From positions 1 through 61,516 of the forward strand of contig CACXGW010000118.1 in NCBI GenBank assembly GCA_902767325.1: a DNA stretch of 61,516 nt. The letters run 5' to 3'. Shown here one piece after another: positions 1 to 10,495 of this stretch. The stretch's first letter is position 1, and each line of letters opens with the position of its first letter. Source of the DNA: an uncultured Ruminococcus sp. (GTDB lineage: Bacteria > Bacillota > Clostridia > Oscillospirales > Acutalibacteraceae). A program made the translations under genes and the position numbers. The notes beneath the pieces are model-generated. The model worked only from the letters and a program-made list of their open reading frames with translations, made no database searches and was not told the origin of the DNA.

Positions 1-74
1 CAGGAAAGCAGAAGCTGGTTGACACCGGCGGACGTGTTGACAGATTCAAAAAGCGTTTTAACATCACAAAATAA
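1..74 (+). CDS. rpmE: 50S ribosomal protein L31, C-terminal fragment (runs off window start)
   Basis: Frame from nt 3 reads GKQKLVDTGGRVDRFKKRFNITK*, the L31 C-terminal signature; stop TAA 72-74; not in ORF track. Confidence 0.92.
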   Translation, partial: GKQKLVDTGGRVDRFKKRFNITK

Positions 75-85
75 TTTGCAACAGT

Positions 86-125
86 CAAGGCAGCACGTTG
101 TGCTGCCTTGTTTTCTGTGTTTTTT
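86..125 (+). terminator. Rho-independent terminator after rpmE
   Basis: CAAGGCAGCAC-gtt-GTGCTGCCTTG 11-bp stem followed by T-rich tail. Confidence 0.85.
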
Positions 126-150
126 CGTTTATATGATTCCGAGGTTAGTT

Positions 151-786
151 ATGAGCGACGATTATAAAACCCCCACAACAGAAGCATGCGGTGAGTTCAC
201 CGAAAAGCGTTCGCGGTTTATAGGCTACTGCAAGCCTGTTAAAAGCGAGCAGGAGGCTGCGGATTTTATAAACAGTATTCGCGCGAAGCACTGGGACGCG
301 CGCCATAATGTTTACGCTTATTCTTTGCGTGAGGGCAACGCCAAGCGCTACAGCGACGACGGAGAGCCTTCGGGCACAGCCGGTATGCCGGTTTTGGATG
401 TGATCGTGAAAAACGAGGTCTTTGATGTTTGTGTTGTTGTGACCAGATATTTCGGCGGCGTTCTTTTGGGAACAGGCGGTTTGGTTCGCGCTTATTCTCA
501 GGCGGCAAAGCTTGCGCTTCAGGCGGGAAAGGTCGCGATGATGGAGAGGTGCGCCGTTTGTTCGCTTCGGTGCTCTTATACTCAGTACGGAAAGCTTTCT
601 TCTATAATATCCGAAGAAGCCGGCGGACTTGACAACACCGTGTATGAAGCCGATGTCGTGCTGAAATTTCACATAAAATCCGATAAACTGCCTTCACTTT
701 CAAAAAAACTTGCCGACGTGACAGCAGGTTCCGTGCAGATCGAAACGGAAAAAGAAGAATATTTCGCGTCTTTTGAAAAAGAATAA
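151..786 (+). CDS. yigZ: YigZ/IMPACT family protein
   Basis: EKRSRFIG, HNVYAY, SDDGEPSGTAG, VVTRYFGGVLLGTGGLVRAY motifs; ATG 151 preceded by GAGG (ORF-track start at 19 overlaps rpmE and its terminator). Confidence 0.9.
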   Translation: MSDDYKTPTTEACGEFTEKRSRFIGYCKPVKSEQEAADFINSIRAKHWDARHNVYAYSLREGNAKRYSDDGEPSGTAGMPVLDVIVKNEVFDVCVVVTRYFGGVLLGTGGLVRAYSQAAKLALQAGKVAMMERCAVCSLRCSYTQYGKLSSIISEEAGGLDNTVYEADVVLKFHIKSDKLPSLSKKLADVTAGSVQIETEKEEYFASFEKE

Positions 787-793
787 AAATTTA

Positions 794-820
794 AAGGGAT
801 TTTGTAAAATTTTTCGAATA
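794..820 (+). promoter_or_regulatory. Possible sigma-H promoter upstream of dnaG-rpoD
   Basis: AAGGGATTT...CGAAT with 16 nt between GGGA and GAAT, resembling the Firmicute sigma-H consensus (AGGA-N16/17-GAAT). Confidence 0.4.
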
Positions 821-861
821 CTATCATTAGAGAATCAAAAAAGCACTCAAAGGAGCATTAA

Positions 862-2625
862 ATGGCATTCCCCGAAGGTTTTATACAAGAGTTAAAAATG
901 CGCAACGACATCTCCGAGGTGGCGGCGCCATATGTAACGCTCAGACGGCGCGGCAGAAATATGGTCGGGCTGTGTCCTTTTCACGGGGAAAAAACGCCTT
1001 CCTTTAACATTTACACCGAAAACGGTTCTTTTTATTGCTTCGGCTGCGGAGTCGGCGGCGACGTCATTTCTTTTATAATGAAGATCGAAAACCTCGATTA
1101 TGTCGACGCTGTCAAATTTCTTGCTCAGCGAGCCGGTATGGCTATGCCCGAGAATACCTACGACGATTCGATGTCGAAGCTCAAAACCCGCATATACGAG
1201 GCTAACCGCGAGGCGGCGCGATTCTTTTATAATACGCTGAATCTGCCTGTCGGGAAGTCCGGACTTGATTATCTTCACGGCAGGATGCTCAGCGACAGAA
1301 CTATCAGGCATTTCGGGCTTGGTTATGCCGATGACGACTGGTCGTCTTTGACGAATCATTTGAAGTCGAAGGGCTTTTCCGAAAGCGAGCTCATCGCGGC
1401 TAATCTTGCGGTGAAACGGCGCAGCGGCGGTGTGTATGACCGTTTTTCAAATCGCGTTATTTTCCCGATAATTGATTTGCGAGGTAATGTTATCGCTTTC
1501 GGCGGAAGGATAATGACGGACGAAAAGCCGAAATATCTCAACACATCCGATACTCCGGTATTCAAAAAAAGCGAAAACCTTTTTTCCCTTAACAACGCCA
1601 AAAACGCGGGAACGCGGACTTTGCTGCTGTGCGAGGGATATATGGACGTCATCGCTGTCAACCAGGCAGGCTTTAATAACGCCGTCGCGACGCTCGGCAC
1701 CTCGCTGACAAGCGAGCAGGCTATGCTGATGAAGCGCTACGCCGACGAGGTCATTATCTGTTATGACGCTGATGAAGCGGGGCAGAAGGCGACTTCAAGA
1801 GCTATCCCGCTTCTGAGAAACGCCGGGCTTCTGGTGCGTGTGCTTACTGTCCCGAACGGAAAGGACCCCGACGAGTATATCAAATCCCAGGGTGCCGACG
1901 GTCCCGCGGCGTTTGCGGCTCTTATGGAAAAAAGCGGAAACGACATCGACTATCGCCTGCAAAAGCTCAGAGCCGACTATCTGCTCGACACCGCCGACGG
2001 AAGGGTCGGGTATCTCGAAGCCGCGGCTGCAGTTATCGCTTCGATCCAAAGTCCTATTGAGCAGGATGTTTATGCCTCAAAACTGTGCAAGGAGTTTGAA
2101 ATCGATAAAAACGCCTTTTCGGAGCAGCTCAAGAAGCTCAGCCGAAAGCGCTACCGCGAGGATTACCGCAAGCAACAGCAAAAGATCCGCACGGAGCTCA
2201 GCGGCAGAGGGGACAGGATCGACAAGGACAGGGCAAAGGTGCCGCGAAGCTCGTCTGCCGAGGAAGCGCTTATCGTATATCTAATCAAGAACCCCGATTC
2301 GGCGTCGTCGATCGAGGAGCAGATAACATCAGATCAGTTTCAGAACTCTCTGATGCGCCGGTATTATGAGTATTTCTTGCAGAGGATAAAAGACGGAAAA
2401 GACCCGCTGAACAGCATCAGCGCTGATTTTTCGGGCGATGAGTGCTCAAAAGTTTACAGGATGCTAAGCAAACACGCAAGCGTAGCGCAAACCAAAAAAA
2501 CGCTTGCCGAATATATAAAGGTCATCAAAGAGGAAAGCGCCAAGCTCAAACGCGATGAAGTTGAAAATATGAGCGGCGAACAACTCAACGACTACCTTAA
2601 AAAAATAAGGGATTCCAAAAAGTGA
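862..2625 (+). CDS. dnaG: DNA primase
   Basis: [15 protein letters not shown] zinc finger, [17 protein letters not shown] and YDADEAG TOPRIM motifs, KDPDEY; AAGGAG RBS. Confidence 0.98.
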   Translation: MAFPEGFIQELKMRNDISEVAAPYVTLRRRGRNMVGLCPFHGEKTPSFNIYTENGSFYCFGCGVGGDVISFIMKIENLDYVDAVKFLAQRAGMAMPENTYDDSMSKLKTRIYEANREAARFFYNTLNLPVGKSGLDYLHGRMLSDRTIRHFGLGYADDDWSSLTNHLKSKGFSESELIAANLAVKRRSGGVYDRFSNRVIFPIIDLRGNVIAFGGRIMTDEKPKYLNTSDTPVFKKSENLFSLNNAKNAGTRTLLLCEGYMDVIAVNQAGFNNAVATLGTSLTSEQAMLMKRYADEVIICYDADEAGQKATSRAIPLLRNAGLLVRVLTVPNGKDPDEYIKSQGADGPAAFAALMEKSGNDIDYRLQKLRADYLLDTADGRVGYLEAAAAVIASIQSPIEQDVYASKLCKEFEIDKNAFSEQLKKLSRKRYREDYRKQQQKIRTELSGRGDRIDKDRAKVPRSSSAEEALIVYLIKNPDSASSIEEQITSDQFQNSLMRRYYEYFLQRIKDGKDPLNSISADFSGDECSKVYRMLSKHASVAQTKKTLAEYIKVIKEESAKLKRDEVENMSGEQLNDYLKKIRDSKK

Positions 2626-2638
2626 AAGGAAAGATAGT

Positions 2639-3736
<1,098 letters not shown>

Positions 3737-3744
3737 CAGATATT

Positions 3745-4116
3745 ATGATTAGTTTTGAAGAATGCGCCCAAATGCTCGACGAAATCGCCGATTCTATGCC
3801 GTATGAATTATATCGTGAGCTCAACGGCGGAATATCCATCGTGCCTCAGGTCAAGTATCATCCCGTGGCGCGCAACAACGACCTGTATATTCTCGGAGAG
3901 TACAAGCGCGATCTTATCGGAAACTCGATAGTTTTTTACTACGGTTCCATCGCGCGTGTTTACGGCAATCTGCCGAAGGAAGAGTTTTATCGGAAAATGG
4001 AGCATATCCTTCATCACGAAGTGCGCCATCACAACGAATACCTCGCCGGGACCGACGATTTAGGTCTTTGGGACGATGAGCAAATATTAAAGTACTTAGA
4101 AAAAAACCGCGGTTGA
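3745..4116 (+). CDS. Small zincin-like metallopeptidase family protein
   Basis: 123 aa with ILGEY..IVFYYGS and HEVRH (HExxH) motif; 8 nt downstream of rpoD. Confidence 0.7.
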   Translation: MISFEECAQMLDEIADSMPYELYRELNGGISIVPQVKYHPVARNNDLYILGEYKRDLIGNSIVFYYGSIARVYGNLPKEEFYRKMEHILHHEVRHHNEYLAGTDDLGLWDDEQILKYLEKNRG

Positions 4117-4135
4117 TCCGCGGTTTTTTTGTTTT
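4100..4135 (+). terminator. Rho-independent terminator of dnaG-rpoD-zincin operon
   Basis: AAAAAACCGCGG-ttgat-CCGCGGTTTTTTT. Confidence 0.85.
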
Positions 4136-4322
4136 CCGAGCCTGATTAAACTTTGATTGACAAATTGCACATATTTTAATCGCAATTTTCTACAGTTCAA
4201 ATCGTATAAGAATGATGAATAATTCTATAATAGAATTAAATTAGCTTGCTGTTTATGATAAAATGATATAATAAAACAAGTATGGATTGATGTATCAAAT
4301 CAGTAAAACGGGGGGCAATGCT

Positions 4323-7166
4323 TTGCGTTTTAAAAAAATATTAACAGGAGTGTTGGCGGTTATGATGACAGGCGCTATTGCAACACCCGCGATTGCCGCG
4401 GACAGCAAGAAAACAACCGATTATCAGGCATATGCCAAGGAATTGGATAAGCTTGCGTATTCAGGTGATGATTTGGGCTTTAGCTTCAAAAATAACACCA
4501 CCGAATTCAAAGTCTGGTCACCGAAAGCCTCGGCAATTACGCTCAACATTTATGATAAGGGAAGCGAAGAAGAGAGCAAATCGCCCATCAAGACCACAAA
4601 AATGACGCTTGACAAGAAAACAGGCGTTTGGTCGGGATCGGTTGCCGGAAAGCTTACGGGCAAATACTACGATTTCAGCATCACTCACGGCAAAACCACT
4701 CATAAATCAGCCGATTTATACGCCCGTGCCTGCGGCGTGAACGGCAAGCGCAGTATGGTGGTCGATCTTTCTCAGACGAATCCCGACAACTGGGACAGTG
4801 ACAAGCACGTTTTGGTTTCACAGCAAACAAAGGCTTCCGTTTGGGAGATCTCTGTCGCGGACTTTTCTTCGTCGCCTTCAAGCGGCGTAAGTGAAGAAAA
4901 CCGCGGAAAGTTTCTTGCTTTTACCGAGGAAGGCACGACTGTCAACGGCGTTCAGGGCGGAACTCCGACCTGTATCGACTATCTTAAGAGACTCGGCGTA
5001 AAGTATGTTCAGATAATGCCGATGTACGACTTCGGTTCAATTGACGAGAGCAAGGACATAATGAAGCAGTACAACTGGGGTTACGATCCCGTCAACTACA
5101 ATGTCCCCGAAGGCTCTTATTCCACCGATCCGAAGGACGGCGCGGTCAGGATCAAAGAATGCAAGCAGATGATCCAGGCGCTTCACAACGCGGGTATCGG
5201 CGTTATTATGGACGTTGTATACAACCATACATACTCCGCGGAATCCTGGTTCCAATACACTGTTCCGAATTATTACTACCGGATGAACGACGACGGAACC
5301 TTCTCTAACGGCTCCGGCTGCTCCAACGATACAGCGTCCGAGCATCTGATGTTCCGCAAATATATGATAGACTCCGTCACATATTGGGCTAAGGAATACC
5401 ACATCGACGGTTTCCGTTTCGATCTTATGGGACTGCACGACGTTACAACGATGAACGAGATCCGCAGCGCGCTCGATGAGCTTTATGAAGACGGAAGCGG
5501 CAAGCAGATCATTATGTACGGCGAAGCCTGGAATATGGAAACAAAGGCTGACGACGGCACCGTTATGGCTAATCAGCAGAACCTTTCACAGATGAGCGAC
5601 AGGATCGGTGCTTTTGATGATACTATCCGCGATGCCATAAAGGGCAGCACAGCCGGAAAGGACAAGGGCTTTGTCCAAAGCGGCGAAGGCAGATCATCCT
5701 TAAAAACCGGATTTTTGGGACAGTCCGTGCTCGGCTGGGCTAATGCTCCCACCCAATGCGTGACATACGCATCCTGCCACGACAACCTCTGCTTGTATGA
5801 CAAGCTTGTGGATTCCGTATACAGCAACGATGAATATCGCGTGCGCCATGAGGATCTTGTCGCGATGAACAAGCTCACCGCGGCGATCGTAATGACTTCT
5901 CAGGGCATACCCTTCTTCCTGGGAGGCGAGGAATTCGCCCGCAGCAAGGACGGCGACGAAAACTCCTACGCCTCAAGCCGTGAGGAGAATATGCTCGACT
6001 GGAAGAATTTGCTGGAATACAGCGACATAATCGAGTATTACCGCGGTTTGATGAAAATTCGCGACAGCTTTGCGGCGTTCACCGACTGCACGGCTATGAC
6101 CGCTAACAATATCACTTCCATCAGCGGCGTTCCCAAGGGCGTCAGCGCGTTCACTATCCCGAACACCGAAGAAGGAAAGTGGAATACCGTTTGCGTTGCT
6201 TTCAACGGAACCGATGAAGAACAAAACATTTCCGTCGAGGGCGAATGGGTCCAGATCGCCGATGAAAACACCGCAGGGCTCGACAATCTGGGCGTCCATT
6301 CCGGCAGCGTTAACGTAAAGCCTCATTCGGCGGCGATCCTTGTAGACAAAAAGGGTTATGAAAGCGCCGGAATCACCGATTACGAGGGCGCGCTGGTTAT
6401 CAATTACTACGATAATTCATCCAAGGAAAAGCTCAAGACCCAGGTCGTCACCGACGCTTTGGGAAGCGTGTTTGACGTATATCAGATCGCCGGAAAGCAC
6501 AATTATGATATAGATTCCGTCTCGGGCGACAAACGCGGCGAGTTTTCCGAAAAAGTCAGCAAAGTCGATGTTTATGTGACGCCGTATACCGGAAAGATGG
6601 CAAATGTTTCGATAAGGTTCGTCGACGATATAAACGGTTCCGATCTGGCTGATTCATACGTGATCCGCAACCGCGTAGGTCAGAAATACTGCACGCCCGA
6701 TCTTCCGGAAATTGACGATCATATGCTTTTGCTCGACGCGCTCCCCACAAACGGCGCGGGCGTTCTGACCGAAAACGATATAGTTGTGCTATACAAATAT
6801 ACCCGTGTGACCGATGACACCGACAAGAAGCTTTGCAAGGTCAATGCCATATATATGGACGACTCGGGAAAGGTCATCGAAACAAAAACTCTGACCGGCA
6901 AAGAGGGAGAGGCATATAACCTTCAGCAAAACGAGTACGAGGAAAAAACGCTGATCAAAGTTCCCGAGCAGTGCTCAGGCGTTTTCAAAAAGGGTGAGAT
7001 CAACGTTATCTTCAACTATCTCAACGAGCCCGACCCGATGAAAAAGGCTGTCGGCTTCGTATTCGCCGGAGTAGGTATCATATTTGTTCTTTGCATAGCC
7101 TCGGTCATTTCCTCAGGCTTCAAGCGAAGAAAAAAGATAAGAGATAATATGGATATCTCTGAATAA
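4323..7166 (+). CDS. Secreted type I pullulanase (CBM48 + GH13 + MucBP-like repeats) with C-terminal transmembrane anchor
   Basis: Signal peptide (KKILTGVLAVMMTGAIATPAIAA), FKVWSP, YNWGYDP, DVVYNH, GFRFDLMG, YGEAW, CHDN; MucBP-like repeats; C-terminal AVGFVFAGVGIIFVLCIASVISSG-KRRKK; TTG 4323 chosen for the GGGGG RBS. Confidence 0.9.
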   Translation: MRFKKILTGVLAVMMTGAIATPAIAADSKKTTDYQAYAKELDKLAYSGDDLGFSFKNNTTEFKVWSPKASAITLNIYDKGSEEESKSPIKTTKMTLDKKTGVWSGSVAGKLTGKYYDFSITHGKTTHKSADLYARACGVNGKRSMVVDLSQTNPDNWDSDKHVLVSQQTKASVWEISVADFSSSPSSGVSEENRGKFLAFTEEGTTVNGVQGGTPTCIDYLKRLGVKYVQIMPMYDFGSIDESKDIMKQYNWGYDPVNYNVPEGSYSTDPKDGAVRIKECKQMIQALHNAGIGVIMDVVYNHTYSAESWFQYTVPNYYYRMNDDGTFSNGSGCSNDTASEHLMFRKYMIDSVTYWAKEYHIDGFRFDLMGLHDVTTMNEIRSALDELYEDGSGKQIIMYGEAWNMETKADDGTVMANQQNLSQMSDRIGAFDDTIRDAIKGSTAGKDKGFVQSGEGRSSLKTGFLGQSVLGWANAPTQCVTYASCHDNLCLYDKLVDSVYSNDEYRVRHEDLVAMNKLTAAIVMTSQGIPFFLGGEEFARSKDGDENSYASSREENMLDWKNLLEYSDIIEYYRGLMKIRDSFAAFTDCTAMTANNITSISGVPKGVSAFTIPNTEEGKWNTVCVAFNGTDEEQNISVEGEWVQIADENTAGLDNLGVHSGSVNVKPHSAAILVDKKGYESAGITDYEGALVINYYDNSSKEKLKTQVVTDALGSVFDVYQIAGKHNYDIDSVSGDKRGEFSEKVSKVDVYVTPYTGKMANVSIRFVDDINGSDLADSYVIRNRVGQKYCTPDLPEIDDHMLLLDALPTNGAGVLTENDIVVLYKYTRVTDDTDKKLCKVNAIYMDDSGKVIETKTLTGKEGEAYNLQQNEYEEKTLIKVPEQCSGVFKKGEINVIFNYLNEPDPMKKAVGFVFAGVGIIFVLCIASVISSGFKRRKKIRDNMDISE

Positions 7167-7234
7167 AACTATAGGTAAGAATCCGCTTTTGCGGAAAAAA
7201 TAAATCCAAAAATTTTTATCAAGGAGGATTTGAA

Positions 7235-10200
7235 ATGAGAATATCCAAAAAAATAGTTTCTTCTGTTCTTGTGGTATGTCTGCTTTTATCCTCAAGTGTG
7301 ATCGCGTGCTTTGCTGCCGCGCAGGACGGTTCCGTCGGCGCGACTGCCAATCCGTATGTGGTTGCATGTGAGGCGATCGACGCGCAGTATACCTACACAG
7401 GAGACGATCTGGGAGCTACCTATTCTCCCGAACAGACCATATTCAAGGTTTGGTCTCCTACCGCTACAGAAGTAACGCTCAACCGTTACGCAACCGGCTC
7501 TGACAGCGAACCCGGTCATGCCGATCTCGGCTCTGTTGTGATGAAAAAGCTGATGGACGGCGACAATTGGACCGGTGTTTGGACAGCGACCGTTACCGGC
7601 GACATCGTAAACACCTACTACACCTACACCATCACATCGGCTCATCCCAAGAGCGGCGCGTTGCAGACAGCCGAAACTCAGGACGTTTATTCCGTTGCCA
7701 CCGGCGTAAACGGCAGACGTTCGATGGTTTGTGATCTCAACAGCACCGATCCCGAGGGCTGGGAAAGCGATACCCACGTTGTTCCCGAAAAGCAGACCGA
7801 TTCTACGGTTTGGGAACTCCACGTAAAGGACTTTTCTTGGGACGAGGCTTCGGGCGTAAGTGAGCAGAACCGCGGAAAGTTTATGGCGTTTACCGAAACA
7901 GGCACGACTCTCAACGGCGAGGGTCAGATAGCTACCTGTATCGACTATCTCAAGGAATTGGGCGTAACCACTGTTCAGCTCAACCCCTTCTATGATTTCC
8001 AGTCGATCAACGAGGCGGGCGCTAACGATCAGTTCAACTGGGGTTACGATCCGCAGAACTACAATGTTCCCGAGGGTTCATATTCAACTAACCCCTACGA
8101 CGGCAACGTGCGTATCAGAGAATGTAAAGCTATGATCCAGGCTCTGCATAACGCAGGCATTTCCGTTGTAATGGACGTTGTTTATAACCACACATATTCT
8201 AACTATAAGGACGATTCCTGCTTCCAGGCGACAGTTCCCGATTATTACTATCGCATGACCAAGGCAGGAGAGTTCTCCAACGGCTCCGGCTGCGGAAACG
8301 AGGTTTCCACCGAGCGCGCAATGACCAGAAAATATGTTGTTGATTCTATCATGCACTGGGTCAAGGAGTATCATGTTGACGGATTCCGCTTTGACCTTAT
8401 GGGTCTGATGGACACCGAAACCATGAATATCATTCGCGAAGCGATGGACGTTGAGGACAGCAGACTTACTACTTGGGGCGAAGGCTGGACAGGCGGAACC
8501 TCCACCTATCCCGCAACGACCTGCACAGGCGCTAAGTATTATCAGGGCGTTCAGAAGAACGCTGCTCAGCTTGATTCCAGAGTTGCTTTCTTCAACGACG
8601 TAGTCCGCAACGGTATCAAGGGTACTGTATTTGATATCACTGAGAAGGGCTTTATCGCTGGTAACGCTTCTTACGCTAAGAACGTTAAATCCGGTATTCG
8701 CGCAAACACTACGGATGCAAGAGACTGGACGTCTCAGGCTCCCGAGCAGACCGTTACATACGCCGACTGCCACGACAACGCAACGATCTACGACCAGATC
8801 GCGGCTTCTTATACCTATGATGAATACGGCGTAAGAAACGACAGCGCGGTCAAGGTCAACAAGATGGCTGCCGGTATCCTATACACCTCTCAGGGCGTCA
8901 CCTTCACTCTGGCGGGTGAAGAGATGGGCCGTACCAAGTTCGGCGATACCAACAGCTATAAGTCTTCTCCCGAAATCAATAAGATCCGTTGGCAGAATCT
9001 CGTAGATTACGCTGATCTTGTTTCCTATTACAAGGGAATGATGAAGATCAAGAAGGCGTTCACTCCGCTGCGCGCTGCCGACAACAGCTATGCCGATAAG
9101 TTCGTGTTCAACGGCAAGCTCACCGATGATTCCGGATATGTAGCTTATACCATCACCAACGATCAGGAAGGCGAATGGAACAAGATGGCGGTTATCCATA
9201 ACTCCACTAACCGCGTTCAGTCCATCACACTTTCGGATACGACCGTAGATGCTAACTTTGAATGGGTCATCATCGCCAAGGGCGACATCGCAGGCGTTAC
9301 CTCTTTGGGCACCGTTAAGGGCAAAAAGATAAGCGTTCCCGCACAATCTACTCTTGTAGCGGTTGATAAGGCAGGCTATCAGTCCGCCGGCATCACCGAT
9401 AACGTCGGTTATGTTGAGATCAATTTCGTTGACAGCAAGGGCAATAAGCTTGCCGAACCCGCAACTCTCTACGGTGAGATCGGAACCGGATATGTTGCTT
9501 CTCCTTCCGCGTCCGTACCCAACACTTATGTTGTTGATTCCGTACAGGGCAATGCTTCCGGAACATACTCCGAAACCAAGCAGAGAGTAACATACGTTTA
9601 CACCAACTATGTTCCCGATTCAATCACTCTCTTCGGTGATGTCAATCACGATGGTGAGATCACGATCGATGACGTAACTGTTTATCAGAGAATACTGGCT
9701 GAGTTTGAAACCGTCAGCGACGAGGAATTCGCTAATCTCGACTTCAACTATGACGGCATTTCTTCAATCCTTGACGTTACGATGCTTCAGATGTATCTTG
9801 CCGAGATGCGCATAGCCGAAGGCAGCGTTGAGGTCAACTATTACTATACCGATTCTACCGGTGAGCTGAACAAGCTTACCGATACCGTTAACATTGACGG
9901 CAGAGTCGGCGATCCCTTCACGACCAATCAGTATTATGTAATGGGCTATCAGCTTGATGAGACAAGACTTCCCGCTGTTACAGAGGGTAGAATACCGTTC
10001 GGCAAGACTCTTCATGTTGATTACTACTACAGTGAGGGAAGCCCCGACGTATCGCTTCACCTGAAGCACAGCGGTTCTCTGACCTGGAATCCTACCCTTT
10101 GGATCTGGGGCAGCGACCTTGACGGCAAGGATTACGGCAACTACTCCGGCGGCACATGGCCCGGCAGAGCGGCTACTATGAATCCCGATACCGGTTGGTA

Positions 10201-10414
10201 TGATTATGACTTCACATATTCGGGAGCCGGTACATATAACGTTATCGTCTCCAACGGAGGAAAGACTCAGACCGTTGACTGCAAGGGCTTCGGTTACAAC
10301 GAGATGTGGATCGTCATCGACGACAGCAAGATCGATACAGGCAACTACCTGACATTCTATGATGCTGATCCCGATGTTAATCCCAACGCTAATGTGATTC
10401 CTTTCCATAACTGA
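7235..10414 (+). CDS. Secreted type I pullulanase with MucBP-like domains, dockerin and C-terminal starch-binding (CBM26-like) module; amylosome-type
   Basis: Signal peptide, FNWGYDP, GFRFDLMG, WGEGW, CHDN; duplicated Ca-loop dockerin GDVNHDGEITIDDVT..DFNYDGISSILDVTMLQMYLA; C-terminal LWIWG..WPG..GWY..NVIVSNGGKTQTVD; AAGGAGG RBS. Confidence 0.92.
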   Translation: MRISKKIVSSVLVVCLLLSSSVIACFAAAQDGSVGATANPYVVACEAIDAQYTYTGDDLGATYSPEQTIFKVWSPTATEVTLNRYATGSDSEPGHADLGSVVMKKLMDGDNWTGVWTATVTGDIVNTYYTYTITSAHPKSGALQTAETQDVYSVATGVNGRRSMVCDLNSTDPEGWESDTHVVPEKQTDSTVWELHVKDFSWDEASGVSEQNRGKFMAFTETGTTLNGEGQIATCIDYLKELGVTTVQLNPFYDFQSINEAGANDQFNWGYDPQNYNVPEGSYSTNPYDGNVRIRECKAMIQALHNAGISVVMDVVYNHTYSNYKDDSCFQATVPDYYYRMTKAGEFSNGSGCGNEVSTERAMTRKYVVDSIMHWVKEYHVDGFRFDLMGLMDTETMNIIREAMDVEDSRLTTWGEGWTGGTSTYPATTCTGAKYYQGVQKNAAQLDSRVAFFNDVVRNGIKGTVFDITEKGFIAGNASYAKNVKSGIRANTTDARDWTSQAPEQTVTYADCHDNATIYDQIAASYTYDEYGVRNDSAVKVNKMAAGILYTSQGVTFTLAGEEMGRTKFGDTNSYKSSPEINKIRWQNLVDYADLVSYYKGMMKIKKAFTPLRAADNSYADKFVFNGKLTDDSGYVAYTITNDQEGEWNKMAVIHNSTNRVQSITLSDTTVDANFEWVIIAKGDIAGVTSLGTVKGKKISVPAQSTLVAVDKAGYQSAGITDNVGYVEINFVDSKGNKLAEPATLYGEIGTGYVASPSASVPNTYVVDSVQGNASGTYSETKQRVTYVYTNYVPDSITLFGDVNHDGEITIDDVTVYQRILAEFETVSDEEFANLDFNYDGISSILDVTMLQMYLAEMRIAEGSVEVNYYYTDSTGELNKLTDTVNIDGRVGDPFTTNQYYVMGYQLDETRLPAVTEGRIPFGKTLHVDYYYSEGSPDVSLHLKHSGSLTWNPTLWIWGSDLDGKDYGNYSGGTWPGRAATMNPDTGWYDYDFTYSGAGTYNVIVSNGGKTQTVDCKGFGYNEMWIVIDDSKIDTGNYLTFYDADPDVNPNANVIPFHN

Positions 10415-10449
10415 TTTAAGGAATCCTTCCACGATCAAAGCATAATTTA

Positions 10450-10490
10450 CGGCGGCACAGCTTAGGCTGTGCCGCCGATGTTTATGTTTC
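10450..10490. terminator. Terminator between convergent pullulanase and histidine kinase genes
   Basis: CGGCGGCACAGC-ttag-GCTGTGCCGCCG 12-bp stem. Confidence 0.85.
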
Positions 10491-10495
10491 TGCTT

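Noticed and set aside
19-150. ORF-track N-terminal extension of yigZ
   Set aside because: Overlaps the rpmE 3' end and its terminator; ATG 151 has an RBS
7020-7140. Sortase LPxTG anchor on the first pullulanase
   Set aside because: No LPxTG-like motif precedes the hydrophobic segment (YLNEPDPMKK)
7182-7195. TCCGC-TTTT-GCGGA hairpin between the pullulanase genes
   Set aside because: Only a 5-bp stem with no plus-strand U-tract; too weak to call a terminator or processing site
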